From Candidatus Dormiibacterota bacterium (lineage in GTDB: Bacteria > Chloroflexota > Dormibacteria > Aeolococcales > Aeolococcaceae), in assembly GCA_036276135.1 (NCBI GenBank), contig DATBEL010000060.1, forward strand, positions 3,066 through 67,065: DNA of 64,000 nucleotides, given 5' to 3'. How positions within the stretch are numbered: the first letter of the stretch is position 1; each line of letters opens with the position of its first letter. Both the position numbers and the translations under genes were made by a program. The notes under the pieces are model-generated. The model made no database searches. It saw only the letters and a list, made by a program, of their open reading frames with translations, and was not told where the DNA came from. Of the stretch, positions 34,444 to 45,525 are shown piece by piece.

Positions 34444-35865
34444 ATGCGGACCCGATTCGCGCCCTCACCGACCGGTCCCCTCCATTTCGGCTCGGTGCGC
34501 ACGGCGCTCTTCGCCTGGCTGGCCGCGCGCTCGAGCGGTGGTGCGTTCGTGCTCCGCATCGAGGACACCGACCAGGAGCGCTACCTCGAGGACAGCGAGG
34601 CGCTGATCATGGAGACACTTCTCTGGCTGGGCCTGAACTGGGACGAGGGACCGGAGGTGGGCGGACCGCACGGTCCCTACGTGCAATCACAGCGCACCGA
34701 CATCTACCGCGAGCACGCCGAACGTCTCGTCGCCGCCGGGGCGGCGTACTGGTGCACATGCAGCCCGGAACGGCTCACCGAGATGCGCGAGCACCAGCGA
34801 GCCGCGCACCAACCGACGCGTTATGACCGGCGCTGCCTGACCCGCCAGGAGGAGGTCCTCGTCGAGCGCGCGGCCGGTGTGCCGGCGGTCCTTCGCCAGT
34901 ACATCGAACCGGGTCGCACGGTCTGGGATGACCTGATCCGAGGCGAGATCTCCTTTGACAACGCCGACATCGACGACCAGGTGCTGCTCAAGTCCGACGG
35001 CTTCCCCACCTACCACCTCGCCGTCGTGGTCGATGACCACCTCATGGACATCAGCCACGTCATCCGCAGCGACGAATGGGTGCCGTCGACGCCCAAGCAT
35101 CTCGCTCTGTACAAGGCGTTCGCGTGGACGCCACCGCGCTTCGCGCACGTCCCGCCCGTGCTGGGTGAGGACCATCACAAGCTGAGCAAGCGACGTGGGG
35201 CGCGCAACGTCCTCGAGTATGGTGAGCTCGGCTACCTGGCACCCGCGCTGGTCAACGCGATGGCTCTGCTCGGCTGGTCGTCGGGGACTGAGCAGGAGGT
35301 GTTCACCCCGGAGCAGCTGGTGGAACGGTTCTCCCTGGACCGCGTCAACGATTCTCCCGCGGTGTTCGACCAGAAGCGACTCGACTCACTCAACGGGCTG
35401 CATATCAGGCGTCTGTCCACCGAAGAGCTCGTCGAGCACCTTGAGTTCTGGCTGCCGGGCACCAGCAAGGAGACACGGCGACTGCTGGTGCCGATGCTCC
35501 AGGAGAGGATGGTGGTGATGCGCGACGCGACCACGCTGGCCGGCCCGCTGCTCGGTGACGCGCCGTGGGACGACGGCGTGGAGTTCCCACCACGCAAGGT
35601 GGACGCACAGACGGCGATCACTCTCCTCGACGCGGCCTGCGCCGACGTGCAGCAGGGCGGCCTCGACGACGTGACGGCGATGCGCGAAAGGCTCACCACC
35701 CTGCTCGGCGCCCGTGGCGTCAAGGCACGCGACGGCTTCCGCGTTCTCTACATCGCCATCCTGGGCCGGCCGCAGGGTGTTCCGGTGTTCGAGGCCATGG
35801 CATTCGTCGGCCCTGACGTGACCGTCCAGAGGCTGAGGGCCGCCCGCGCTCGGCTGGAGACGTAG
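34444..35865 (+). CDS. gltX: glutamate--tRNA ligase
   Basis: ORF trimmed to ATG 34444 (MRTRFAPSPTGPLHFGSVRTALF, the HIGH region). Contains IEDTD and KLSKR (KMSKS). Confidence 0.95.
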   Translation: MRTRFAPSPTGPLHFGSVRTALFAWLAARSSGGAFVLRIEDTDQERYLEDSEALIMETLLWLGLNWDEGPEVGGPHGPYVQSQRTDIYREHAERLVAAGAAYWCTCSPERLTEMREHQRAAHQPTRYDRRCLTRQEEVLVERAAGVPAVLRQYIEPGRTVWDDLIRGEISFDNADIDDQVLLKSDGFPTYHLAVVVDDHLMDISHVIRSDEWVPSTPKHLALYKAFAWTPPRFAHVPPVLGEDHHKLSKRRGARNVLEYGELGYLAPALVNAMALLGWSSGTEQEVFTPEQLVERFSLDRVNDSPAVFDQKRLDSLNGLHIRRLSTEELVEHLEFWLPGTSKETRRLLVPMLQERMVVMRDATTLAGPLLGDAPWDDGVEFPPRKVDAQTAITLLDAACADVQQGGLDDVTAMRERLTTLLGARGVKARDGFRVLYIAILGRPQGVPVFEAMAFVGPDVTVQRLRAARARLET

Positions 35866-35868
35866 CCG

Positions 35869-37344
35869 TCAGCTCGCGGCGCGGGCCCGCACCGGTTCGG
35901 TGGCGTTGGGCGACGGGCGCAACGGTCGGAGCGCGAGATACACAACCGCTGTCACCACCGCACCCACCACAAAGCTGATGTCGCCGAACTCCGGGTGGTT
36001 GGACGGCACCACCCCGACGAACAGCGACTGGTTCCAGAAGGGAAACGAGGACACGATCCCGGCCACCATGGCGGCAAACGCCTTCCAGCCGCGGTGGCCA
36101 CGGTCGAAGAAGAGCCGTGCTGAGTAGCGTCCGCGGCGCAGAGCGTGGTCAACCAGGACCACGGTGATGAACGGCACGATCCAGTAGGTGTTGAAGAACA
36201 GGAAGGCCTCGTAGTTGCCACCCGGGTTGGCATAGCCGGCCACGCCGACGAAGTACCCGACCACGCCGAAGAGCACCGCGACGATCGCACGACGCCGTCG
36301 CAGCGTGAGCCGGATGCCGAGGGTCAGGAACGACATGGCCGCGCTGTAGAGGTTGAGCACGTTGGCCGCGATGGCCCCCACCGCGATCGCGATCGTCGAG
36401 ACGATGGCCAGCGCGTCGGGGAGCGGCTTGACGAACTGGCTGGTGGGGTTGTCATGCGGGCCCCACGATGTCCCGGCGACTGTGGCCAGGCCGGCGCCGG
36501 CGATCTCCAGCACCGCGCAGGAGATGAACAGCCCCGCGCCGGCGCACAGAGCGACGCGGACCGCGCTGGTGGTGCGCGGCAGGTAGCGCGAGTAGTCGGC
36601 GCCGTAGACGTTCCAGCTGACCGCGTACGCGTACGCGAGGAACACCGCCAGGATGAAGGCGCCGGTCGGTCCGCCGAAGGCCACGGGGGCCGCGCTGTTG
36701 AAGCCCTGCCCCGAGTTGGTGTGGGCAAAGATGTACACGCAGCACAGGCCGAACACCACGGCCAGGAATGGGAAGACCACCTTCTCGAACTGGTGAACCA
36801 TGTTGTAGCCGATGAAGGCGATGGCGACCTCGACGAGGATGACCGCCAGCAGCGCGAGCCAGAACGGCGGCACCGGCCAGCCCACCTGCGCGCAGAAGGT
36901 CTGCACGGCGAACGCGCCGCTGACAGAGTTGACCGCCACCCAGCCCGCACCCGAGGTGACCGCGTTGAGGAAAGCGGGGAGCAGGTTGCCGGCGAAGCCG
37001 AACGCCGCGCGGCTCTGGATGAGCTGCGCGACCCCATACCGTGGGCCGAAGGTGGACAGCAGACCATGCGTCAGCGAACCGAGCGCAGTGCCGACCAGCA
37101 ACCCCAGCGCTGTGAGCCAGAAACCACCGCCGAACACCGTGATCGGGAGCACGCCGACATACACCGTGGCGAACTCGAAGTTGGGCGACGTCCACGTCCA
37201 GAACAGCTGGCTCGGCCCACCGTGCCGCTCCGCCAAGGGGATGTACTCGACGCCGCCCGGTTCCACCGCCACCACGGCCTCGCCATAGGTGCCCTCACGA
37301 ACGGGAACGCCGGTCTCCGCCTCGTCGGCGGGTGTCGCGATCAT
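35869..37344 (-). CDS. NCS1-family (purine-cytosine/thiamine-precursor type) permease
   Basis: ORF trimmed to ATG 37344. It has 12 hydrophobic segments, and [11 protein letters not shown]...[12 protein letters not shown] is typical of NCS1/CodB/CytX-like carriers. Confidence 0.86.
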   Translation of the reverse strand: MIATPADEAETGVPVREGTYGEAVVAVEPGGVEYIPLAERHGGPSQLFWTWTSPNFEFATVYVGVLPITVFGGGFWLTALGLLVGTALGSLTHGLLSTFGPRYGVAQLIQSRAAFGFAGNLLPAFLNAVTSGAGWVAVNSVSGAFAVQTFCAQVGWPVPPFWLALLAVILVEVAIAFIGYNMVHQFEKVVFPFLAVVFGLCCVYIFAHTNSGQGFNSAAPVAFGGPTGAFILAVFLAYAYAVSWNVYGADYSRYLPRTTSAVRVALCAGAGLFISCAVLEIAGAGLATVAGTSWGPHDNPTSQFVKPLPDALAIVSTIAIAVGAIAANVLNLYSAAMSFLTLGIRLTLRRRRAIVAVLFGVVGYFVGVAGYANPGGNYEAFLFFNTYWIVPFITVVLVDHALRRGRYSARLFFDRGHRGWKAFAAMVAGIVSSFPFWNQSLFVGVVPSNHPEFGDISFVVGAVVTAVVYLALRPLRPSPNATEPVRARAAS

Positions 37345-37429
37345 CGGGGGATGGTGCCTCCCTGCAGCGGCGTCTGTCGGCGCCGCATCGTAGCGATGCC
37401 CACCTCGGCGGTGCGTCGGAGGTGGTAGA

Positions 37430-37511
37430 TTGGTGGCACCGGGGTGCCCCATGCGGGGCTGAGATCACACCCGCGAACCTGATCTGGGTCATGCCAGCGT
37501 AGGGAGTGCAC
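37430..37511 (+). promoter_or_regulatory. TPP (THI-box) riboswitch upstream of thiD
   Basis: Contains GGGGTGCC, CTGAGA (37459-37464), ACCTGATCTGG (37477-37487) and GCCAGCGTAGGGA (37493-37505). A P1-like pairing GCAC/GTGC flanks it, and the AGGGAG SD lies inside the 3' end. Confidence 0.87.
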
Positions 37512-38333
37512 GTGAGACCAATCGCTCGGGTCCTGAGCATCGCTTCGTCCGATTCCGGCGGCGGCGCGGGCATCCAGGCTGACCTGCGCGCGTTTGCGGC
37601 AGCGGGGTGCCACGGGAGCAGCGTCATCGTCGCTCTCACCGCGCAGAACACGCGGGAGGTACGCGCCGTGCACGCTGTTCCGGCGCCGTTCATCGAGGCT
37701 CAGCTGAGCGCGGTGTTCGACGACATCGGCGTCGACGCGGCCAAGACGGGGATGCTCTTCTCTGCCGAGACCATCGAGGTGGTCGCCGCTTTCATGGCCG
37801 CACACCGGGTGGCCCTGGTGGTCGACCCGGTGATGGTGGCCAGCTCGGGGGCGAGGTTGCTGCGCGAGGATGCCGTCGGCGCGATGGTTCGCCGGCTGTT
37901 CCCGCTGGCAACGCTGGTCACCCCCAACCTCCCCGAGGCGCGAGCGCTGACCGGCCGGCCCAACGCGTCGCGGCGCGAGCTGGCCGAGCGGCTCCACGCG
38001 GTGGGTGCTGCAGCGGTGATCGTCACCGGCGGCCATGGTGAGGACGCGGTCGACCACCTCTTCGACGGCCGCCGGCACATCGAGATCGCCGTCACACGCC
38101 ACCACGTGGCTGCCACACACGGCGCCGGCTGCACGCATTCGGCGACGCTGGCGGCGCTCATCGCCCAGGGATGGCCGCTCGACGACGCCGCCCGGTACGC
38201 CGCCGACGTGTGCGCGGCGGCGGTGGCTCGCGGTCTCACCGAGATCGGCGCCGGCGAGGGCCCGGTCGATGTGCTCGACGTCCGCAGCCGTGTCCCATCG
38301 CGACCGCTGGTGACCAGCGGAGGGGGCAGATGA
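37512..38333 (+). CDS. thiD: hydroxymethylpyrimidine/phosphomethylpyrimidine kinase
   Basis: [19 protein letters not shown] is present. GTG 37512 (5 nt after AGGGAG) is preferred over GTG 37506. Confidence 0.92.
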   Translation: MRPIARVLSIASSDSGGGAGIQADLRAFAAAGCHGSSVIVALTAQNTREVRAVHAVPAPFIEAQLSAVFDDIGVDAAKTGMLFSAETIEVVAAFMAAHRVALVVDPVMVASSGARLLREDAVGAMVRRLFPLATLVTPNLPEARALTGRPNASRRELAERLHAVGAAAVIVTGGHGEDAVDHLFDGRRHIEIAVTRHHVAATHGAGCTHSATLAALIAQGWPLDDAARYAADVCAAAVARGLTEIGAGEGPVDVLDVRSRVPSRPLVTSGGGR

Positions 38334-39163
38334 CGGCGGACCACGCAGCCACCACGGCCGCCGCCTCCATCGCCACCGGGGATTCCCTGCGACGGCTGCG
38401 CGAACAGCGGCCGCTCGTGCACCAGATCACCAACTTCGTGGTCATGAACGAGACCGCCAACGCCACCCTCGCCATCGGCGCGCTGCCGGTGATGGCACAC
38501 GCACCCGAAGAGGTGGCGGAGATGGCCAGCGTGGCGGCTGCGCTGGTGCTGAACATCGGCACCCTCACGCGGGAATGGGTCGAGTCGATGATCCTCGCCG
38601 GTCGGGCCGCGGATCGCGCCCGCGTGCCCGTTGTGTTCGACCCCGTCGGCGTCGGAGCGACGACGCTGCGCACCGAGAGCGCGCAGCGCATCCTGCACGA
38701 GGTGGCGGTGGCGATCGTGCGCGGCAACTCGGCGGAGATCGCCACCCTGGCGGGCCGCACCGCGCAGATCCGTGGTGTCGAGGCCATGGCTGCCACCGAC
38801 GACCTCGGCGAGCTGGCCAGGGCCGCGGCGCGCACGCTGGGTTGCACGGTGGCGGTCACCGGCCCGGTCGACGCGGTCAGCGACGGGGTCACCACTCTGC
38901 TGGTGGCCAACGGTCATCCGCTGCTGGCCACAGTCACCGGCACCGGCTGCATCGCGTCGGCGATCACGGGTTGCTTCGCGGCGGTCAATCGCAAGCAGCC
39001 GTTGCGGGCCGCCACCGAGGCGCTGGTGGCGCTCGGCGTTGCCGGTGAGGATGCTGCCGAGCACAGCAGCGGCCCGGGCACCTTCCACGCCGCCCTCTAC
39101 GACGCGCTCTACGCGCTCTCGCCAGACGCCGTGGACGCACGAGCGAAGATCAGCGCGCGATGA
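38330..39163 (+). CDS. thiM: hydroxyethylthiazole kinase
   Basis: ATG 38330 overlaps the thiD stop (ATGA). Contains PLVHQITNFVVMNETANATLAIGALPVMA and GTGC. Confidence 0.92.
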   Translation: MTADHAATTAAASIATGDSLRRLREQRPLVHQITNFVVMNETANATLAIGALPVMAHAPEEVAEMASVAAALVLNIGTLTREWVESMILAGRAADRARVPVVFDPVGVGATTLRTESAQRILHEVAVAIVRGNSAEIATLAGRTAQIRGVEAMAATDDLGELARAAARTLGCTVAVTGPVDAVSDGVTTLLVANGHPLLATVTGTGCIASAITGCFAAVNRKQPLRAATEALVALGVAGEDAAEHSSGPGTFHAALYDALYALSPDAVDARAKISAR

Positions 39164-39729
39164 GGCTCCACGCCATCGTCGACACCATCGCGGCGGCTGA
39201 GCGCGCGGTGGCCGGCGGCGCCACCGTCGTCCAGGTGCGGCTGAAGGACTCCGGCACCGCCGCGCGCGCGGAGCTGGGGCTGCGACTGCGCCATCTTCCA
39301 GCCATGCTTGTCATCAACGACGACGTCGAGGCCGCCCTGCGCTGTGGAGCCGACGGGGTGCACCTCGGCCAGACCGATCACGGCGCCGAGCGGGCACTCT
39401 CGCACGGCCTGGTGCTGGGGATCAGCGCGCGGGAGGTGGACGAGGCCGCCGCTGCGCGCGCGCTCGGCGCCACCTACATCGGGGCTGGGCCGGTCTGGAC
39501 CACGCCGACCAAACTGGACGCGGGCATCCCGATCGGCATCGAAGCGCTGGCCGCGGTGTGCGCGGCCGTGGACATCCCTGTTGTCGCCATCGGCGGCGTC
39601 AACGCGACCAACGCCGCACGCTGCATAGCTGCGGGCGCGGCCGGCGTTGCCGTGGTGCGCGCGGCAGCCGATGCCGCCCAGGTGAGGCTCGCCGTCGACG
39701 CGGCGCTGGCGATCAGCGCGTACGCCTAG
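39160..39729 (+). CDS. thiE: thiamine-phosphate synthase
   Basis: ATG overlaps the thiM stop (ATGA). Contains VVQVRLKD, GVHLGQTD and VVAIGGV. Confidence 0.92.
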   Translation: MRLHAIVDTIAAAERAVAGGATVVQVRLKDSGTAARAELGLRLRHLPAMLVINDDVEAALRCGADGVHLGQTDHGAERALSHGLVLGISAREVDEAAAARALGATYIGAGPVWTTPTKLDAGIPIGIEALAAVCAAVDIPVVAIGGVNATNAARCIAAGAAGVAVVRAAADAAQVRLAVDAALAISAYA

Positions 39730-39747
39730 CGAACCCCGGCGGCTGGC

Positions 39748-40203
39748 TCAGCCCGAGGCGACGTCCTTGTCGTCGAGCGGCGGTGCGTTGGGCGCCACGG
39801 AACGGAAGCGGCGGACGATCTCGGGGAGAAGGTTGACCGCGACGACCGGGTTCTCGATGAGGAATTGGCGGAAGCCGCCATCGCCGAGAGTCAGGCAGCG
39901 CAGTCGCGTGGTCGCCTTGACGCTGGCGGTGCGCGCCTTGCCGTCAAGCGCCGCCACCTCGCCGAAGAAGTCGCCAGCGTGGAGGTGGTGGACGACGTTG
40001 CCGTCGACGATGACGTCGGCCTCGCCCTCGAGGATGATGAAGAAGTCAGGCCCGGAGAGCCCCTCGGTGAGGATGCCGTGGCCGGCCAGGTAGGTCGACT
40101 CGTCGAAGTGCTCCGCGGCCTTGCGGATCTGGTCTTTGTCCAATCCGGCGAAGAGCGGGCTGCGCTCCAGGCTGGGAATCACGTCCTCGCGGACAGTGGC
40201 CAT
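39748..40203 (-). CDS. cyclic-nucleotide-binding domain protein (stand-alone cNMP domain)
   Basis: 151 aa; the ATG follows GGAGGGA. Contains PLFAGLDKDQI ... GDFFGEVAALDGKARTASVKA (phosphate-binding cassette). Confidence 0.87.
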   Translation of the reverse strand: MATVREDVIPSLERSPLFAGLDKDQIRKAAEHFDESTYLAGHGILTEGLSGPDFFIILEGEADVIVDGNVVHHLHAGDFFGEVAALDGKARTASVKATTRLRCLTLGDGGFRQFLIENPVVAVNLLPEIVRRFRSVAPNAPPLDDKDVASG

Positions 40204-40260
40204 GGCAATCTCCCTCCACGTGGCGCGAACCGCGCCGTTGTGGCCAGTGTAGCCCGGTGG

Positions 40261-41367
<1,107 letters not shown>

Positions 41368-41510
41368 GCTCTCAGTGTCGCTCCCAGTCCCAGGTCATCA
41401 ATGCGATGTTCCCTCCCAAAGATACAGCCTGACGGTTTTGGTCTCGGTTCTGCAGCGCACACCGTCTGCGGCGGCCCGATGTCACCAGCCCAGGTGGCGA
41501 CTGGAAGGCG

Positions 41511-42260
41511 TCAGCCTGGGGCGCTCGCGACTGCGGCGGACGCGGGCTCGGCGTGGAGCAGCAGCCCGTCCCGGTCCATGGCGGCGGGGCGACCGAGATG
41601 GTACCCCTGTCCGAGCTGCACGCCTGATGCGGCAACCGCCCGCGCCATCGCCTCGTCCTCGATGCCCTCGGCGATCGGCGTGGGGCCGCCCAGCCGGGCG
41701 CGCGCCGCGCAACGCTCAGCGAAACCGCGCGACGCCGGGTCGGACATCGCGGCCACCGTCGGACGGGACAGCTTGATGAAGTCCGGCTGCTCGTTCGAGG
41801 CCAGCAGGGATTCCTCGTCGGTGGGATCGACAGCGATGGCGACGCGCGCGCCGCGGCGCCGGTACGGTCGCAGCAATTCCATCAGCGTGGCCACGTCGGG
41901 CACGGCCGGGGGTCGGACCACCTCGATGACCACTCCGAGGACCGGCCGACCGGCATCGGCCAGCAACTGCGCCAGCGAGTCGGCGTCGGATTCGCCGTTC
42001 TGCAGCGCGTCCGGGTTGAGGTTCAGGGAGAGGAACGGTCCGGCTGCCATGCCGCGTGCCCCGTCGAGGGCAGCACGACGGCAGAGCCAGTCCAGGTCCC
42101 GGGTCACCCCCTGTGCGCGGGCCGTCCGGAAGAACTCCTCGACGCTGCCGTCGTCGGCGACATTGGCGGGCCGCGCCAGCGCCTCGTAGCCGGCCACGGT
42201 TCGCGAGTCGAGATGGAGGATGGGCTGGTAGACGGCGCGGACGTGCTGACGGGTCAGCAC
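41511..42260 (-). CDS. stand-alone EAL-domain protein with degenerate metal-site motifs
   Basis: GTG start. EALAR, NLNP, EGIE and QGY are kept, but DDFG is replaced by DPTD, KxD by KLS, and ExxE by EVV. Confidence 0.83.
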   Translation of the reverse strand: MLTRQHVRAVYQPILHLDSRTVAGYEALARPANVADDGSVEEFFRTARAQGVTRDLDWLCRRAALDGARGMAAGPFLSLNLNPDALQNGESDADSLAQLLADAGRPVLGVVIEVVRPPAVPDVATLMELLRPYRRRGARVAIAVDPTDEESLLASNEQPDFIKLSRPTVAAMSDPASRGFAERCAARARLGGPTPIAEGIEDEAMARAVAASGVQLGQGYHLGRPAAMDRDGLLLHAEPASAAVASAPG

Positions 42261-42326
42261 CCGGGCAAGGACACCGTTCCAATTCGCCGCGCCGCGCTTC
42301 TTGATGTGTGGACCTCCGTCCGAGAG

Positions 42327-42818
42327 TCAGTGGCCTCGCTCGTGCTCCAGGAGGCGACGCTTGGTATCCAGACCGTAGTAATAACCCCCCAGTGACCCAT
42401 CACTGCGCACAATGCGGTGACAGGGCACGAACAGACAGATGGCATTGCGGGCGCATGCGGTCCCGGCGGCTCGGGTGGCCCGTGGCGCCCCGGCCCTCGC
42501 AGCGAGCTCCGCATAGCTCACCGTGGTGCCTGGGGCGACCTCCCGCATCGCCGCCCAAACCCTTGCGTGGAAAGGGCCACCGGGCTGACTCACGGCGACG
42601 GTGGTGAGGGCGCCGACGTCGCCGGCGAAGTAGGCGCGCAGCGCCGCGGCCGCGCTGGTGTCGCCACGCGCCAGCGGCTCTGCGCGGAGCGACGGCTCCA
42701 GGCGCTCGCGCAGCCCGCCGACGTCGCTGGTGAATGACGCGACGTGCAGGCAGTCCTGCGTACCGATCAGCGACATGTCGCCGAACGGGGTCTCGATTGT
42801 GCTGGTGATCAGGGTCAC
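42327..42818 (-). CDS. ogt: methylated-DNA--protein-cysteine methyltransferase
   Basis: The PCHRIV active site is present. GTG 42818 overlaps the upstream stop (GTGA). Confidence 0.9.
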   Translation of the reverse strand: MTLITSTIETPFGDMSLIGTQDCLHVASFTSDVGGLRERLEPSLRAEPLARGDTSAAAALRAYFAGDVGALTTVAVSQPGGPFHARVWAAMREVAPGTTVSYAELAARAGAPRATRAAGTACARNAICLFVPCHRIVRSDGSLGGYYYGLDTKRRLLEHERGH

Positions 42819-44299
42819 AGGGACGTCTCCTTGGTGCGGACGGGATGCGACAGGTGGTTCCAGAGTTGCACGGTGGCGTACGCGCGCCAGGGTCGCCATC
42901 GCTCGGCTCGTGCGGCCAGCGCGGCGCCGCCGTCTCCCCCGCCGGCCCGCGCGAACGCGCGGCGCAGACCCAGGTCACCCGCCGGGAATGCGTCGGGGTC
43001 GCGAAGACCGCGCATGGCGATGTAGGTGGCTGTCCACGCGCCGACACCGCGGATCGCCACAAGCCGGCGCGCCGTCTCTGCGACGTCGGCGGCCGGCGTG
43101 ACGTCGATGTCTCCACGGGCCATCGCCAGCGCGAGGGCGCGCAGCGTCGCGGCACGCTCGGGCGTGAGGCCGAGCTCCTCGATGTCTGCCTCAGCGATCG
43201 CCGCCGCCGTCGGGAATGTCCGATCCACGCCGTGGCGCGGCTGCGGGAGGTGAGCACCCAGCTGCTCGGTGAGCCGGGCCGCGAGCGCGGTGGCTCGGGC
43301 AACGGAGACCTGCTGGCCGAGCACGGCCCTGATCGCGATCTCCTCGGCGTCGACGCACCCCGGCACACGCAGCCCCGGCCGCTCACACACAAGGGGCGCC
43401 AGCAGCGGGTCGGCTCCGAGGACGGTGGCGATCGCGTCGGGGTCGGCGTCGACGTCGAAGAGGCGGCGACAGGCGTCCACCGCAGCGCTGAGGTCACGGA
43501 CGTCGTCGAGCCAGAGCCGGACCACCAGCTGGGTCGCCTGCGGCTCGAGCTCTACCACGGCCGCGCCCCTGGGCAGCGAGATCGACCGGGTCAGGGTGGT
43601 GGACGAGCAGCGCTCCACCCCGCGGACGGCTCGCTGCGCGAAGAAAGCCAGCAGCGAGCAGCCGTCGAAGGGAGGCCGGACGCCGAGTCGGAGAACGATG
43701 GCGCCCTCCCCGTCGTGGCCGGCGGAGCCGCGGCGACGCAGCTCGGTGGGGGCTCGGCCGGTCCCGGCTCGCACTTCGCTGTTGAACTGGCGGAGCGACG
43801 AATAGCCGGCGCTGAAGGCGACGTCGGTGATGGGCATGCCGGTCTGCTCGATCAGCGTTCGGGCGGTCTGGAGGCGGCGCATGCGAGCCAGCGTCAGGGG
43901 CCCGGCTCCGACCGTGTCGGACAGGACCCGGTGAAGGTGGCGTTCGCTGACCTCGAGCCGGCGGGCCAGGGTGGCGACCCCGGCCCCGCCGTCCGCGGCC
44001 CCGGTGGCGATCAGCCGCAGCGCCCGGTCGACAACGCGATCGCCACCCGGTGGCTGGACCGGTCCGGGGGCGAGGTGGGGGCGGCAGCGCAGGCAAGCGC
44101 GGAAGCCGGCGGCCTGCGCCGCCGATGCGCTCGGGTAGAAGCGCACGTTGGGCCGCCTCGGTGTCTGAGCCGGGCAGATGGGACGGCAGTAGATGCCGGT
44201 GCTGGTGACCGCGGTGAAGAACCTGCCGTCGAAGCGTGCGTCACGGCTGAGGATGGCTCGGTAACAGGCCTCGAAGTCCTCGTGCATGAAGAGCAGCAT
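42815..44299 (-). CDS. alkA: AdaA (Zn-Cys4 methylphosphotriester sensor + AraC HTH) fused to AlkA-type DNA-3-methyladenine glycosylase
   Basis: Contains IYCRPICP...FRACLRCRP, the AraC HTH (ITDVAFSAGYSSLRQFNSEVR) and a C-terminal HhH-GPD (IRGVGAWTATYIAMRGLRDPDAFPAGD). The start is ATG 44299 or 44287. Confidence 0.87.
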   Translation of the reverse strand: MLLFMHEDFEACYRAILSRDARFDGRFFTAVTSTGIYCRPICPAQTPRRPNVRFYPSASAAQAAGFRACLRCRPHLAPGPVQPPGGDRVVDRALRLIATGAADGGAGVATLARRLEVSERHLHRVLSDTVGAGPLTLARMRRLQTARTLIEQTGMPITDVAFSAGYSSLRQFNSEVRAGTGRAPTELRRRGSAGHDGEGAIVLRLGVRPPFDGCSLLAFFAQRAVRGVERCSSTTLTRSISLPRGAAVVELEPQATQLVVRLWLDDVRDLSAAVDACRRLFDVDADPDAIATVLGADPLLAPLVCERPGLRVPGCVDAEEIAIRAVLGQQVSVARATALAARLTEQLGAHLPQPRHGVDRTFPTAAAIAEADIEELGLTPERAATLRALALAMARGDIDVTPAADVAETARRLVAIRGVGAWTATYIAMRGLRDPDAFPAGDLGLRRAFARAGGGDGGAALAARAERWRPWRAYATVQLWNHLSHPVRTKETSL

Positions 44300-44375
44300 G
44301 ACCACCGACGCGGGGGCTGTGCTGGCGGTTTTCGGACCTACCCTCACAGGGTCGAGCCCGGGCGGAGGTGGCGAC

Positions 44376-45341
44376 TCAGACCGTGAGCACGACCTTGCCG
44401 GTGGCGCGTCTGCCCTCGATGAGCCGCAGGGCGTCCGCCGCATCGGCGAGCGCGAACGTTGCCCCGATCGGCGGCACCACCCGACCGGCCTCGATCATCG
44501 GCTGCAGCGCGGCCGCCGTCTTTGCGAAAAGAGACGGGTCGCCGCCCAACCACGCGCCCCAGGCGGCGCCGACGATGGAGATGTTGCGCAGCAGGAGGCG
44601 GTTGGCGGCCACCGTCGGGATCCGGCCATCGGTGAACCCGACCACCACCAGGCGGCCGCCGGGAGCGAGGCAGCGAAGGCTTTCATCGAACCGATCGCCG
44701 CCGACAGGGTCGACGATCACCTCGGCGCCGCGGCCGCCGTTCAGACCTCGCACCTCGGCCGCCCAGTCTCCCCCGCTGTCGATGACGGTGTCGGCACCGG
44801 CGCCGCGGGCCATCTCGGCCTTGTCCGGGCTGCTGGTGACCGCCACCACGGTTGCGCCGAGCACCTTGGCGACCTGGACCGTGGCCGTGCCCACCCCGCC
44901 CGCCGCGCCGTGGACGACGACCGTCTCGCCAGGGGTCACGCCTGCTCGCCGGGTCAGCGCGAAGTGGGCGGTGTGGTAGTTGAGGAGCAACCCCGACCCC
45001 TGCTCCATGCTGAGCCGCTCCGGCAGCGGGCAGGTCAGGGCGGCCGGCGCCACCGCCACCTCGGCAAAACCACCGAGCATGGTCAGCGCCATGACGCGAT
45101 CGCCCGCGGCGAACCCGCAGCCGTCAGGCGCGCTTCTCACGGTCCCGGCGACCTCGACGCCGGGCACGAAGGGCAGCGACGGCTTGGTCTGGTAGAGGCC
45201 TCGGCTCATCAGCACGTCGGGGAAGCTGACACCGGCGGCGGCCACGGCGATGACCACCTGGCCGTCGCCGCCGGGCTCGGGCACGTCGGCGAGGCGCAGA
45301 CCGTCGGGGCCGTCGAGCGATTCAATCCGCTGGGCGCGCAT
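44376..45341 (-). CDS. NADPH:quinone oxidoreductase-type MDR dehydrogenase
   Basis: ORF trimmed to ATG 45341 (MRAQRIESLDGPDGL). Contains VVHGAAGGVGTATVQ. Confidence 0.88.
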   Translation of the reverse strand: MRAQRIESLDGPDGLRLADVPEPGGDGQVVIAVAAAGVSFPDVLMSRGLYQTKPSLPFVPGVEVAGTVRSAPDGCGFAAGDRVMALTMLGGFAEVAVAPAALTCPLPERLSMEQGSGLLLNYHTAHFALTRRAGVTPGETVVVHGAAGGVGTATVQVAKVLGATVVAVTSSPDKAEMARGAGADTVIDSGGDWAAEVRGLNGGRGAEVIVDPVGGDRFDESLRCLAPGGRLVVVGFTDGRIPTVAANRLLLRNISIVGAAWGAWLGGDPSLFAKTAAALQPMIEAGRVVPPIGATFALADAADALRLIEGRRATGKVVLTV

Positions 45342-45525
45342 CGCCGGGCATGGTAATGCTCTCACAGGAGGCGGGCAGATCCCGCCTCCCCCCGCACTGC
45401 CGCCCCGGCCGCCCACACCGGGCCGGGTGCAGTGAGCGACAATTGAGGAGCACGTCGGCGTTCCGCGGCTGGAGCGCCCTGACGAGCCCGTCCACGCCGC
45501 CGCCGCGGACCAGGAGGACCTCATC

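Noticed and set aside
37345-37429. Second TPP riboswitch on the minus strand for the NCS1 permease
   Set aside because: The reverse complement lacks CTGAGA and the ACCTGAT...GCCAGCGTAGGGA core. Only a GGGAGG SD is present.
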